A DNA stretch of 64,000 nucleotides from Malassezia furfur (lineage: Eukaryota). The notes below the pieces were generated by a model. The model was not told the origin of the DNA. It ran no database searches and was given only the letters and a program-made list of their open reading frames with translations. The translations under genes and the position numbers were made by a program. Positions 23,930 through 35,005 of this stretch are shown here, piece by piece (position 1 is the stretch's first letter; the number at the start of each line of letters is the position of its first letter). The DNA is taken from assembly GCA_052055015.1 (NCBI GenBank), contig JBQJIT010000007.1. One strand, 5' to 3'.

Positions 23930-24178
23930 ATGTTCATCAAGTCGCCTGTTATCCTCTCTGCGCTTGTCATTGCTGCTGTCGCTGCCCAGGCAGATCCAAG
24001 CAACATCGCCGCGAGCGCCTCGAGCTCACAACCAAATCTCTTTGAAAAGCCGCCAGTGAAAAGAGCCGCGACTTTTTCGGACATCGGTTCCTTGCTTCCC
24101 AAGAGCAGCATGTCGGTTGACCAGCCACCTAGCAGCGTGAACGACCCCACCCCTTCCGTGTCGCTCCCCGCGAACTAA
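23930..24178 (+). CDS. Small secreted protein (82 aa) with dibasic KR site
   Basis: Signal peptide MFIKSPVILSALVIAAVAAQA, PVKR site and Ser/Pro-rich body; TTTAAA ~45 nt upstream. Confidence 0.65.
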   Translation: MFIKSPVILSALVIAAVAAQADPSNIAASASSSQPNLFEKPPVKRAATFSDIGSLLPKSSMSVDQPPSSVNDPTPSVSLPAN

Positions 24179-24312
24179 ACCGACGTGGTTCCCTTGTTAT
24201 AGGGTCGAATGACCATGCGGCATCTGTATCACACCCACCCAGTGATGCCTGGATACATCCATGCTTTCCTTCAGAGTCTTTCACCGTTCAATACACGAAT
24301 CTTGTGCGGTTC

Positions 24313-25639
24313 TTACAAATTGTAGATCGGAATAAGCTTATTTGCCTGCACCGCTTGACGACAGAGCGGACACTCGGGTTTCTCTTTGATCCAACCCGTG
24401 ATACAGTCCCAGCAGAAGACATGTCCGCATTCTGTTACTGCACTGTTGCCCATTTCGGGCGTGCGCCGGTCCATGCACAGCGTGCATCGCAGCACCTCAT
24501 CGGCCACAGCCTCAAGCTGGGTGGTCTTTGCACGGCACGCAGCCTGCGCCGCTTCAAAACGAGACCGATCTGATGCGTCCAACTTGCGTGGAAAACCCAA
24601 GTGCTCTGGACTCAGCGGCGCACTCGCATCAGGGTAGTCTAGAGGAACACCTGCCGGCTGCTTGTGACCCCATGGAGCGGACGCTTGGTCAGTGTGCGAA
24701 ACATAAGTCTCGTCGAGCTGCACAGACATTGCAGGGCGCCCGGAACTCAATGGATCGGCTGCATTCGTCATTGTGTCGTTCCCTGGGGCCTGTAATGTGA
24801 TTTCCTTGTGTTTCTTGTAGGCTGCATGGACTGTCATCCCCAATTTGACGAGTAGTTGTGTTCCAAGGAGTACACCCAATACTTCATACGATTGTGGCCG
24901 CGAGTTGGGACGATGTGCGCTCGCGTATAGATAGTCCACTTTCGCAAGGCGATGGGCTAACGTGTAATACCGACCAAACAGGTAGAACACGGTGAGCTGG
25001 GCAGCGGATATATAGGCCACCAGGCCGTTGGATGCTTCGAGCACATGTGATCCTGGCAACACTAGGGCTAGCCGTTGCACCGTTGCCTCATACTTTCGTT
25101 GCATACGCGTATACCAGTTGTGGTGCACAGGTTCGACCGGTTTCTCTTGTGCAGCTGCAATCTGTGCATGAATAAGTTCGCGCTGGTTCCGCTGGGCAAT
25201 TTGTTGGTCTTTGCGCGTAATGTAAAGGCGCAATACACCGTATGTCTTTTTAAGCACAAAGGGCGCGACAATGTGCAAGATAATGAAAACGGCGCGTCGC
25301 TTTCCCATTAGTATTGCAACGTACCTTGGCGTGAATGATTCGGCCTGTTGGACGGTATCGCATCATTGCATTTACATACTCTTCACCAAGGGACTGGACA
25401 CCTCCCAGGGTACTCAGCCCGAAATAAGCGACGCTTGCAATAAGCGACAGCAGCTCTCCATAGACATGGCTGCGTCGTGAGCCCAACAAGTCGCTTGCAA
25501 CCTCTTTTATTTGTGCATAGAATTGGTCACGATAGTATACATCTTTTTGGTGCGCACGGACTATCTCCGACTGAGCGGCATGAGGATACGAGAATCGTTC
25601 TGGCGTCGCCAAAGGGTTCTGCACTTCGGTACCCCGCAT
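24313..25639 (-). CDS. PEX10: Peroxin Pex10 (RING E3 ligase)
   Basis: Motifs AAQSEIVRAHQKD and SLGEEY; C-terminal RING CTLC...CGHVFCWDCI...CPLCR; 25-nt intron 25324-25300. Confidence 0.92.
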
Positions 25640-26163
25640 GGACGCGAACTGTGCCCGACGGCTTCGATCGATCTCCACTTGGCAACAAGAACACGTGCCT
25701 GTGCCTTTCTCACGCGGTCCGTGGACATGGGCCGCTGGTGCTATTGTCACGCGAGGGCCGTTAGTGAATATGCGGACTGCGCATGGACCTAACTCCACGG
25801 CTCGTTGAGATGTTCAGCGGGCACTGCCACAGTGTTGGGTCGAATCCACGACAGGCCAAAACATCGTTAAGCCCGTGCACGATGTTGCATTGACTGACAC
25901 TCGAGTTTGAATCTAGCCAATCACACAATATTACGTATGCATGACTGCGACTTCGGTCCAATGTAGCCACTCGGATGAGTGCCACGTAAACGCTGGGTTG
26001 CAAATATCAGGCATTGACTTGCTCGAATGGAAATAACACGGACATTCTGCCCGCGTAAGAACACATCTACCCAGCCGCAGCCGCCACGCGGGCGTGGCCC
26101 GCTCGAGACTCAAAACGAGCGCACACACCGCCCTCTCTTGTCCCATACCCACATTACCCAAAG

Positions 26164-26853
26164 ATGTTCGCTAAGACGATTGCTGCCTTCGCCGCTGTCT
26201 CTGCCGCCGTCGTCACGGCGCAGAGCTTCCAGGTCGACACCCCCATGTCGGCCTCGCAGTGCCAGCCCCTGAAGATCTCGTGGCACGGTGGTCAGGCTCC
26301 TTACTACCCCAAGATCACTGCCGCCGGCAACACTGCCGATGTCATCAAGACCGACCTTCCCAGCCAGACCTCGGACACCAGCGTGACCTGGTCGCCCACC
26401 GTCTCGGCTGGTGACAAGTTCACCATCTACGTGACCGACAGCACCGGTGCCGGTGCTGCCTCGGCCCCTGTCACTGTCGGCCAGGGCTCGACTGACTGCT
26501 CCAACGGCAGCAGCTCCTCGAGCGGCAGCAGCAGCTCGAGCGGCGGCAGCGGTGGCGCTGCTGGCGGTGCTGCCTCGACCTCGGGCAGCTCGTCGCACCG
26601 CTCGCACAGCTCGTCCTCGGAGAAGTCGTCGTCGGCGGCCTCGTCCGACTCGAGCTCCTCGTCGGCTGCTGGTGGCGCCGACTCGTCGAGCTCGGAGTCG
26701 AGCAGCCCCACCTCGTCGGACAGCGCCTCGTCGGCTGCTGAGAGCTCGTCGGCTCCCAGCTCGTCGTCGTCGCACAACGGTGCTGCGACCTTCTCGGGTC
26801 TCCCCGCGATGGTTGCCGGTGTCGTTGGTGTCGCCGTCGCTGCTCTCATCTAA
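26164..26853 (+). CDS. Ser-rich GPI-anchored cell-surface protein
   Basis: Signal peptide, Ig-like domain (VDTPMSASQCQPLKISWHGGQAPY), poly-Ser stalk, omega-site-like NGA and hydrophobic C-terminus; strong codon bias. Confidence 0.88.
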   Translation: MFAKTIAAFAAVSAAVVTAQSFQVDTPMSASQCQPLKISWHGGQAPYYPKITAAGNTADVIKTDLPSQTSDTSVTWSPTVSAGDKFTIYVTDSTGAGAASAPVTVGQGSTDCSNGSSSSSGSSSSSGGSGGAAGGAASTSGSSSHRSHSSSSEKSSSAASSDSSSSSAAGGADSSSSESSSPTSSDSASSAAESSSAPSSSSSHNGAATFSGLPAMVAGVVGVAVAALI

Positions 26854-27230
26854 ACTCCGCATTAATCGTGTTGTGGTTTGGTAGAACCAGTATATTTCGT
26901 TCTTAAGGGTCACTATCCCACACATACTTAGCGGTTAATGAGGAAGGTTTATGCTGTTCGATAGATGTTTGGTAATACACTTGTTTGACGTTCGCACAAT
27001 AGAGTCGTTGGAAGGAAAATCACTGTGGCGATGTGTGAACTACTTGGGCGCCTACGGGTGTGGTCGAGACGAGTTCTTGTCTAGCCTTTGGCGTACTGGA
27101 GCGACACCGCCACGATCTGGGGAGTTATGAGCATGACTCTATAGCAGTACAAGAGCAAAACCATCTTAAGAGAGCCGATGGAGGGTATGGATGGGAAGCG
27201 GTCGAGCCGCGAGGAGAGAGCGGCTCGTAG

Positions 27231-27973
27231 TTACACGATGACACAGCCTTTGCAACCCTTGGAGACCACGTCGGGGTCGGGCACGTTCGATGTGTGTGCG
27301 ACGCCCTGTGCGCTGGCATTCATGCCATACGGTCCAATATGACCGTAGGTCTGTTCCTTGTTGTACCGGCGGATTTCGCGCACGAGGTCGTTGAAAGCCT
27401 CGTCGACGTTGACGCGCTGCTTGGCCGATGTCTCGACGAATGGGCAACCGAACCGTTTTGCGACATCGTAGCCCTCTAAGGCGTCAGTTACATTCGCCCC
27501 ACGTACCTGCGGTGCTGACCTGTCGTTCGCCTTCCAAGTCGCACTTGTTGGCAACCATGACCACAGGGAAGTAGTCCCGGTCCTTTACGCGGAGCACCTG
27601 CTGGTAGAAGGTGCTAACTTCCTCAAATGAGCTTCGGCTAGTGATGCTGTACACCAGGAGGAACCCTTCGCCGGTGCGCATATACTGCTCGCGCATTGCG
27701 CTGTACTCTTCCTGGCCTGCCGTGTCAAGCACATCGAGCAATGCGGGCTCCTCGTCGATGACACTTTGTTTCCTGTAGGAATCTGCCTGTCAGAATGCAT
27801 GCGGATGCGTACCCTCGATGGTCGGGTCGTATTCGTCCACAAATTGGTTCTGCATGAACTGGATGGTGAGGGCGGACTTTCCGACACCACCCCCGCCGAC
27901 CACGACGAGTTTGTATTCACGCAGGATTTGGGCCTGGTGTCAGGGGCGGGCGCTTCCCGCTTACCTTTGACAT
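27231..27973 (-). CDS. RAS1: Ras GTPase
   Basis: Motifs [38 protein letters not shown] and ETSAK, and CAAX box CVIV; introns 27964-27934, 27812-27783 and 27506-27476. Confidence 0.95.
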
Positions 27974-28243
27974 AGAATTCCGCTGCTCTGTTGCTTTGGT
28001 GCTCGAAGGATCCTCGTGCGTAATAAGCTTCCGCGTGCTACCGACAACGTGCTCGCTCGTGTTGGCCTGGCGCCTGGCGCACGGCGCCTGGGGTGTGGAG
28101 ATTCACGTGACAAATTCCCCTAACGAAGGTGTCGCTCGTGATTGGCCAGTGTCCGATTTTGGAAGCGACGTTGCGACACGGCGGCGTACAACGAGCCTTG
28201 TTTGCCCACGCACCGGCGCTGGCGGACGGATGGCGCTTGTGGG

Positions 28244-30721
28244 ATGAGCACCGAGACGAGTTCGCGTGGAACCGAACGTCGTGCAGATGCACGGCTGCAG
28301 AAGCGCAAGCCGATCATTTTCCCTCCCTCGGGCCAGAGCCCCGAGGAGGCCGAGTGGCAGGCGCATCGACACTATGCTGTGATCGTGGACGCCGGTTCCT
28401 CGGGCTCGCGCCTGATGGTGTACTCGTGGCGCGACGTGGAGCGTGAGCGACGCTTCCGTGTAGAGAAGAACATGCCCCTGGACGTTCTGCCCGTCGTCGA
28501 AAAGGGCACTTGGGAGGGCTCGCGGCGGCCATGGCAGGTCAAGCTCGAGCCGGGCTTGTCGTCGTTTGCCGGGCGCGTCGACGACGTGCGTGCGTACCTC
28601 GAAGAGCTATTTTCGCACGTGCAGAGCGTCGTGCCGCCCGAGGCGTGGGCGCGCACGCCGATCCACGTGCTGGCGACCGCCGGCATGCGTATGCTCGACC
28701 CGACAGCGCGCAAGGCCGTGTTGCAAGAGACCTGCCGTGTGCTGCATACGCTGCCGTTTGCCTTGCGCAACAGCACGGCGACAGAAGACGCGGACAGTGC
28801 GTGTGGTGGGCAGGTGCGTGTCATCTCGGGCGAGGAAGAGGGCCTGTTTGGATGGATCGCGATCAACTACCTTATGGACGGCTTCCGGTCGCTCCCCGCC
28901 GACGGCGCACGCGACGAGGCAACCGAGACGATGAACGGCACCACGACGTACGGCTTCCTGGACATGGGTGGCGCGAGCACGCAGATCGCCTTCGAGCCCT
29001 CCGCCAAGGCGCTCGCGGTGTCGGATGCAACGTCGGCGGAGGCCAGCACGCCGCTCCAGAAGGACTTGTTTGATGTGCACTTCCGGCGGCTCGATGCGTC
29101 CACGGTGAAGCACCAAGTGTTTGTCACGACGTTTCTCGGGTTTGGCACGAATGCGGCGCGCACGCGCTACCTTACGTCGCTCGCCGAGGCGCATGGCCCC
29201 GCGGCGCCGATGCGCGACCCATGCCTGCCCAAGAATCTGCGCATCAGCCACGAAGAGGTGGGTGACGTGGTGGGCACGGGCAGCTTCTCGCAGTGCCTAG
29301 CGCTGCAGCAGCCGCTGCTCGACCGCGAGGCGGAATGTGCGCGCCCGCCGTGCCTTTTCCACGGCGTGCATGTGCCGGCCATCGACTTCACAAGCAACCA
29401 GTTCATCGGGGTGTCCGAGTACTGGTACAGCTCGCACGACGTGTTTGACCTCGGCGGCGCGTACGACTACACCACCTACCAGCAGGCCGCGCAAGAGTTC
29501 TGCGCAGAGGAATGGACGACGCTCGAGGCGAAGCTTTCGCAGAAACATTACAAGGAGCAGGTTACGCTCTCGCGCCTGCAGATGCAGTGCTTCAAGGCTG
29601 CGTGGGTCATTACCGTGCTCCACGAGGGCCTCCGCCTGCCGCGCCTTGGCGAGGGTGACGCGCGCTGGAACGCCACCGACGAGACGCACGACCTGCCGGA
29701 CAAGGCGAGCGACAAAAACCTGTTCCAAAGCATCAATGACGTGCACGGTGTCTCGGTGAGCTGGGCGCTCGGCAAGGCGATTCTGGAGGCAAGCGCCCAC
29801 ATCCCCGATGCGCCGTGCACGACATGCACCGCCGACGCCGCGGCACTGCCCATCGGCGGCCCGGGCAGCGCAGTATCTACGCTTGGCGGCGCATGGTCGG
29901 CGGCCGCGGTATGGCCCCCGTGCCTCGTGCTACTCGCTGTGGTGTGCGGCCTGGTGTGGCGCTGGCGCACACGCAACGACCGCACAGCCTGGACGCCGCT
30001 TCCCACCAACGACACGAGCCGCGACAAGCCGCTGGACGGCACTGCGGTCGAGGATGCATGGACCGACACCGGCGATGCGCTCGAGCGTGTCCCACTGCGT
30101 ACGCGGCGCTCGCTGCGGCGCAAGCAGGCGCGTAAGGCACGGCGCAGCGCACTGTCCGCCATGGTGCACGATACGGCCGCCTACGCCCAGCATCAGTTCA
30201 AGCGATTCGTGCGTGGGGGGGCGCCGGTGCCCATGTCGAAGCGCGACGCGGAGCCGGCGCTGAGCGTGCGCGTCGTACCAAGCCGCCTGCATGACCAGCA
30301 GCCCGAGCAACTGACGCGCGAGGGCTACCCGCGCGTGCCGGCGCCGTGGGCGTCGGCTTTGGTGCGCGAGCATTCCCCGTCGCCGCACACGCCTGTTTTT
30401 TCGCCGTCGCAGCCCTCGACGCCGCTCGGCTCGGGGCGTCTGTCGCGCGCTGTTTCGCCGCTGGGTGATGCGCGTTGCGACACGCCCAGCGCACCGCGCA
30501 CACCCTATGCCCCGTCTGCCGCGGTGGCCTCCGGCTCGCGGTTTGGGTCGCGGCCGCCGTCGCGGGGTCCCTCGCCCATGATGCTTGAGTCGCGGCGCCC
30601 ATCACTGGTGGCCACCACTTCACTGCCCAATCACTTGTTCCCCGTGGACACACGTCTGCGTTCGCCCATCGATCCACACCTGGCGCCTCGCGCACCGTCG
30701 CCGGCGCCGGACGCCCCGTAG
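28244..30721 (+). CDS. YND1: Golgi apyrase (GDA1/CD39 family, Ynd1-type)
   Basis: Apyrase conserved regions DAGSSGSR, ATAGMR, GEEEGLFGW, DMGGASTQ and SWALG; C-terminal TM and cytosolic tail. Confidence 0.9.
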   Translation: MSTETSSRGTERRADARLQKRKPIIFPPSGQSPEEAEWQAHRHYAVIVDAGSSGSRLMVYSWRDVERERRFRVEKNMPLDVLPVVEKGTWEGSRRPWQVKLEPGLSSFAGRVDDVRAYLEELFSHVQSVVPPEAWARTPIHVLATAGMRMLDPTARKAVLQETCRVLHTLPFALRNSTATEDADSACGGQVRVISGEEEGLFGWIAINYLMDGFRSLPADGARDEATETMNGTTTYGFLDMGGASTQIAFEPSAKALAVSDATSAEASTPLQKDLFDVHFRRLDASTVKHQVFVTTFLGFGTNAARTRYLTSLAEAHGPAAPMRDPCLPKNLRISHEEVGDVVGTGSFSQCLALQQPLLDREAECARPPCLFHGVHVPAIDFTSNQFIGVSEYWYSSHDVFDLGGAYDYTTYQQAAQEFCAEEWTTLEAKLSQKHYKEQVTLSRLQMQCFKAAWVITVLHEGLRLPRLGEGDARWNATDETHDLPDKASDKNLFQSINDVHGVSVSWALGKAILEASAHIPDAPCTTCTADAAALPIGGPGSAVSTLGGAWSAAAVWPPCLVLLAVVCGLVWRWRTRNDRTAWTPLPTNDTSRDKPLDGTAVEDAWTDTGDALERVPLRTRRSLRRKQARKARRSALSAMVHDTAAYAQHQFKRFVRGGAPVPMSKRDAEPALSVRVVPSRLHDQQPEQLTREGYPRVPAPWASALVREHSPSPHTPVFSPSQPSTPLGSGRLSRAVSPLGDARCDTPSAPRTPYAPSAAVASGSRFGSRPPSRGPSPMMLESRRPSLVATTSLPNHLFPVDTRLRSPIDPHLAPRAPSPAPDAP

Positions 30722-30788
30722 GATTTGTATTATAACATGTTGTGTACCTAGTAGGTCCTCTCCACTGCAGCGCACGTACCCTCCCGCC

Positions 30789-33234
30789 ATGGCGTGGAAC
30801 GCGACGAATCCGGCGGGCCTCGTTGCCGAGCACCTCAAGTCGCCGGACGACCTCGCGAAGATCACGGCGCTGCGTCGCAAGCTCACGCGTGAGCACGCGA
30901 CGCTCTCAGCCAAGCTCAAGGTCGGCGCTAAGGACCAGCTTGAGGCGGTACGCGAGGGTCTCCTCCAGCTGCAGTCGACGCGCCGCGAGGCCGCGGGCAT
31001 CCACGAAGTCTTTTCACAGATCGAATCAGTGTGCAATGATGCACACAACGAGGGCGGTGCCGCCACCAAAGATGCGCGGGGTGGCAGCAGCTTCCGCACG
31101 ATCAGCGAGCTGTCTCAGGTGCGCCGCACGCTCGTCCAAACGACGGCGCTCCTCGCCAAGCTTGAGCAACTGCCCGTCGAGGTGCGCGAGCTCGCGCAGA
31201 TGCTCGGCGAGTACCACACACATCTGCTCGGTCCCGCGCCTGAGCTGCTCTCGCTGCACCACCGCATCATGCAGTGGGAGGCGTTCCGCAACGAGACGCT
31301 GCACCTCGCCGCGGGGAGCAGCGAAGTGGTGCAGCAGCAGCTCGTTCAGATGCTCGAGCCACTCGAGACGCTCCTGTCTTCGTTCGAGACGTACCTTATG
31401 CTCCTCTGTGCCAACGTTCTGAATCTTGTGCGTGCGGGGCAGCAGGGCGTCGTGGTGCGCCTCGTGGCCATCCTTGAGCGTGAGAACCGCGAGGACGAAA
31501 AGACCGCGGCGATCCGCCTGGCGAAACGCGCCAACATTGAAGGCTCGGCGCGCTTCCGCAGCATGGCCACGTACGGCCACACGATCAAGTTGTACCGCAT
31601 CAAGCTGCAAGACACGCTGCTCCTCACCACACAGCGCCGGCTGGAGGCGAGCTGGGAGGAGGCACAGGAGCCGACGCCGCTGAGCTTCTTCGAGCAGGCG
31701 CAATGGATGTACGCGGACCTCGACTTGGTACGCACGCAGGTCGTGTCACTTTTCCCTGAGTCCTACCACATCTACCGCACCTACGTCCAGACCTACCACC
31801 GCGCGCTCGGTCAACTGCTGCAGGACAAGGTCGCGATTCAGGACGCGGGTGCCACGGAGCTTCTCGAGCTATACCAGGTGGCGCAGCAGCACCAGTCGCG
31901 CCTGCTCGACCCCGCACGTGCGATTGACGAGGCCTGGCTCCAGCCGTCGCTGCTCGGAGGGCGCGAGGAAAACATCATGGACGACTACCTCTCGCTGCTC
32001 ACGCGCAAGATGGACGAGTGGACTGCGACACTGATGCACGACGAGATCACTGCGTTTGTCACCCGCGAAAAAGCGCCGGACGAAGACGCGAACGGCATGT
32101 ACCTCTTGTCGTCGTGCGTCATCCTTTTCCGCATGATCAACCAACAGATCGACACAGCGGCGCATGCGGGCGACGCCGAGCTACTTGTGCGCGTGATTGA
32201 CCATGCATGCACGGTGATGCGCAACTGCCAGGCCTCTTGGCTCCAGATCGTGCAGCAGGAGTTCAAGAAGCAGACCACAGCGAAGCGCCCCGAGGAGGTC
32301 AATGGCGGCCTCGTCGAGTACATGATCGCCCTCGCGAACGATCAGCTCGCGAGCGCCGACCAGAGCGAGGCGCTCCTCGCGCGCGTCGAGCCGCTCGTCG
32401 CGGCGCAGTACAAGGCCCATGTGCGCGAAAACATCGACAATACCCTCAACGGCTTCTTGGACATTAGCAAGCACTGCACGCAGCTGCTCGTTGAAATTGT
32501 GCTGTTCGACCTGCGCCCGGCGTTCCATGACTTGTTCACGTTCCCCGCGTGGTACGTCGAGGGCACCACGGCGACCATCTGCGAAACGGTGCGCGACTAC
32601 AGCGCCGACTACGCAGCGCGGCTCGAGCCCAACCTGTTCGACGTGCTCTCGGACGACTTAGTGTCGCGCCTACTGGTCGCCTATCTCACAACGCTGCGCC
32701 GCTCGGCACGCTTGCGTATGCCCAAGGCCGCCGAGCGGTTCATGACCGACATTGGAGAGCTCACGCAACTTATCGCGTCGATGCGCCCACCGGAAGAAGC
32801 CACGAGCCGCGTCGAGGTCCTCCACATGATGTACGTCCCCTCTGCCCCCCTGACCCAGCCATGCGATCCTCTCGTCCTCGCCCGCGATGGTCTTCTTGCC
32901 GTACTGGACGTTTGCCAAGGCACATGGACCAAACCTCGCCTTCCTCGAGGCGCTGCTGCGCGCGCGCGACGACATGGAAAAGGCCGACGTCACTGCGCTC
33001 ATGGAGAGCGCCCGGCGCAAGGTCAAGCAGGAGGCGATGCCCGACATTCCCGAGAGCGGCCCGACCATCATGTCCGCTGTGTCGCAGACCCAGACAGGCG
33101 GCCTGCTCAGTACCGCGCTCCACCACTGGACGAACGCAGGCGGTGGCGAGGGCATCGCCTGGAGCGCCCTGGCGCAGAGCGCGCAAAACTACCTCGGCAA
33201 CGCCGGCTGGCGCGGCGGTGCAAGTCGTGCGTGA
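30789..33234 (+). CDS. SEC6: Exocyst subunit Sec6
   Basis: Motifs LKSPDDLAKI...LKVGAKDQL, ILFRMINQQID and GGLVEYMIALANDQ; 28-nt intron 32831-32858 joins to ORF 32887-33234. Confidence 0.9.
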
Positions 33235-33299
33235 GAGCGCGCAGCGGCGCCTTTTGTATTCATATACTACGTCGATCCCCGCGCGGTGTGCGCCTCGCA

Positions 33300-34344
33300 T
33301 TACTCCACCCGCATCTGCTCCATCTCCTCCGTAGGCGCCTCCTCGTCACGCCCCTGCTCCCACCCCGAGGGCATGTAGGAGGTCATGTCCAGTGCGCCAT
33401 CGTCGTCGCCATCGTCTTCGTCGCCGAACATGTCGGGGTTCAGCGCGAACATCTCGCGGCCGCTCAGGCCTGCCAGCTTGTTGGCCTGGGCCTGCGTTGC
33501 CTTCTTCTGGCGCTGCGCCTCCTCCTCGGCGACGCGCTTGTCTTGCCGCTCCTTCTTCCACTTGGCAAACGACTCGGGCGTCACGGGCGTCAGATTCGAG
33601 CCGAGCTTGTGACGCGCCGACTCCAAAAACTCTTCCAAGGAGATCTCGCTGGCCTTTTCGAGCGCCTCACGCTCCTTGCGCTCCGACTTGAGCACATAGC
33701 CCGGCGGCAGGCAGTGGCGGTACATGCACTTTTCACCACCGTTGGGGCACTCCCAGAACCAGCCGTACTTGCCATCCTCGACAGCCTGGAGGAAGTATTT
33801 GCACACCTTGTCGGTGGTCGTGCGCGGGTTGCCGTGCTTCATATTGATAACCTTGTTCAGCCGCTCCTGGTCCCATTTGTCCATCGTATCTTCATTCTTG
33901 TCCTTTTCCTCCTCCTTCTGGTCCCGGGTGTCGGTGTACAGGTCCTTTTTCTGCTGCTTGCGCTGGGCATCGTTGGAGTGCGCAAATTTGCACTTGGAGC
34001 CCTTGTCACAGCGGCCGGCCTTCCAAAAGTTGCACGTAATGCTCTTCGGGTCCACACCGAACGGCACGCGCGGCTGCACGATTGGCGGCCCCTCGGCCTT
34101 GAGCTTCTTCTCGGCCTCGGCCTTGAGCCGCTTCTCCTCCTCCTTCTGCTTTTGCTTGGCGAGCGCCTCACGGCTCTTGCCCGCCTGCTGTTGCTGCTGC
34201 TGGATAATCTTGACCTGCTGCTGGGCCTTGGCTCCTTTCTTGTTCTTCATACCGAACGTCTGTATCAGTCTAGACACGTACCTTGTCGATCTTCACCTTG
34301 GGGGCGCCGCTGCCGCCCCCACCCCCTCCTTTCTTGGGCGGCAT
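33300..34344 (-). CDS. TMA46: Translation machinery-associated protein Tma46/ZC3H15 (two CCCH fingers)
   Basis: MPPKK...DK|TFGMKNK, QPRVPFGVDPKS, two CCCH fingers and the DFRP-like C-terminus; 22-nt intron 34281-34260. Confidence 0.93.
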
Positions 34345-34396
34345 CGTGGTAAGGGCAAATGAAAATGACGTCGGCCGACACTTGTCGCTCCACACG

Positions 34397-35005
34397 ATGC
34401 TGTCTCGTGCGCCGCACGCGGCCGAGCAGGGGCCCGGTGAGGGGGTCGCGGAGCTGGCGAGCCTCCCCGCATGGGCGAATCCCGCGATGCAGTCGGCATT
34501 CGACGATGCAGCGACTGAGGGCGAGCTCGTCGCGGAGGAGGCGGAGGAAGCGGCGCGCGACGAAATGGCCGCCGAGGAAACGGCCGCTCATGACGTGGAG
34601 ATGGACGAAAAGGCCTCCCTTCCAGAAGACGACATCAGCATCTCGGACGGCGAATCGGAGGAGGAGACTGTCGAGCCAGCGCCCACGGGAGAGCTGACGC
34701 TCGCGGCATTGTGTGCGCCCAACGTCCCGTGGACCCGCCGCTTACTCCTGATCTCGGCGTCGGTCGCAATTAATGTGGGGCTGCCGTTCATCAACGGCGT
34801 TTTTCTCGGGTTCGGCGAGATCTTTGCCCGCGCGTTTGTGGCACCGTGGATTGGTCTGGCCCCGCCCTTGCTCAACTACAACCCCTACTCGCCGTCGCCT
34901 GCTGACGTGCCTCCATTGGATACCATCCCGCCCGGCGGCATGCGCGCCTGGGCCAAGGGCGTCCGGGAGCGGTCCGCGGAGAAGCGCGAGGATCCTCATG
35001 CATGA
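34397..35005 (+). CDS. MIM1: Mitochondrial import protein Mim1/Tom13
   Basis: Signature AINVGLPFINGVFLGFGEIFA after an acidic N-terminus. Confidence 0.85.
   Translation: MLSRAPHAAEQGPGEGVAELASLPAWANPAMQSAFDDAATEGELVAEEAEEAARDEMAAEETAAHDVEMDEKASLPEDDISISDGESEEETVEPAPTGELTLAALCAPNVPWTRRLLLISASVAINVGLPFINGVFLGFGEIFARAFVAPWIGLAPPLLNYNPYSPSPADVPPLDTIPPGGMRAWAKGVRERSAEKREDPHA

Noticed and set aside
25800..25870. GGTCGAATCC resembling a tRNA T-arm
   Set aside because: No acceptor stem or cloverleaf could be folded around it.
30585..34352. 1255-aa ORF suggesting a giant Sec6 fusion
   Set aside because: The frame leaves SEC6 at the 28-nt intron (32831-32858) and then runs antisense to TMA46; not a real protein.
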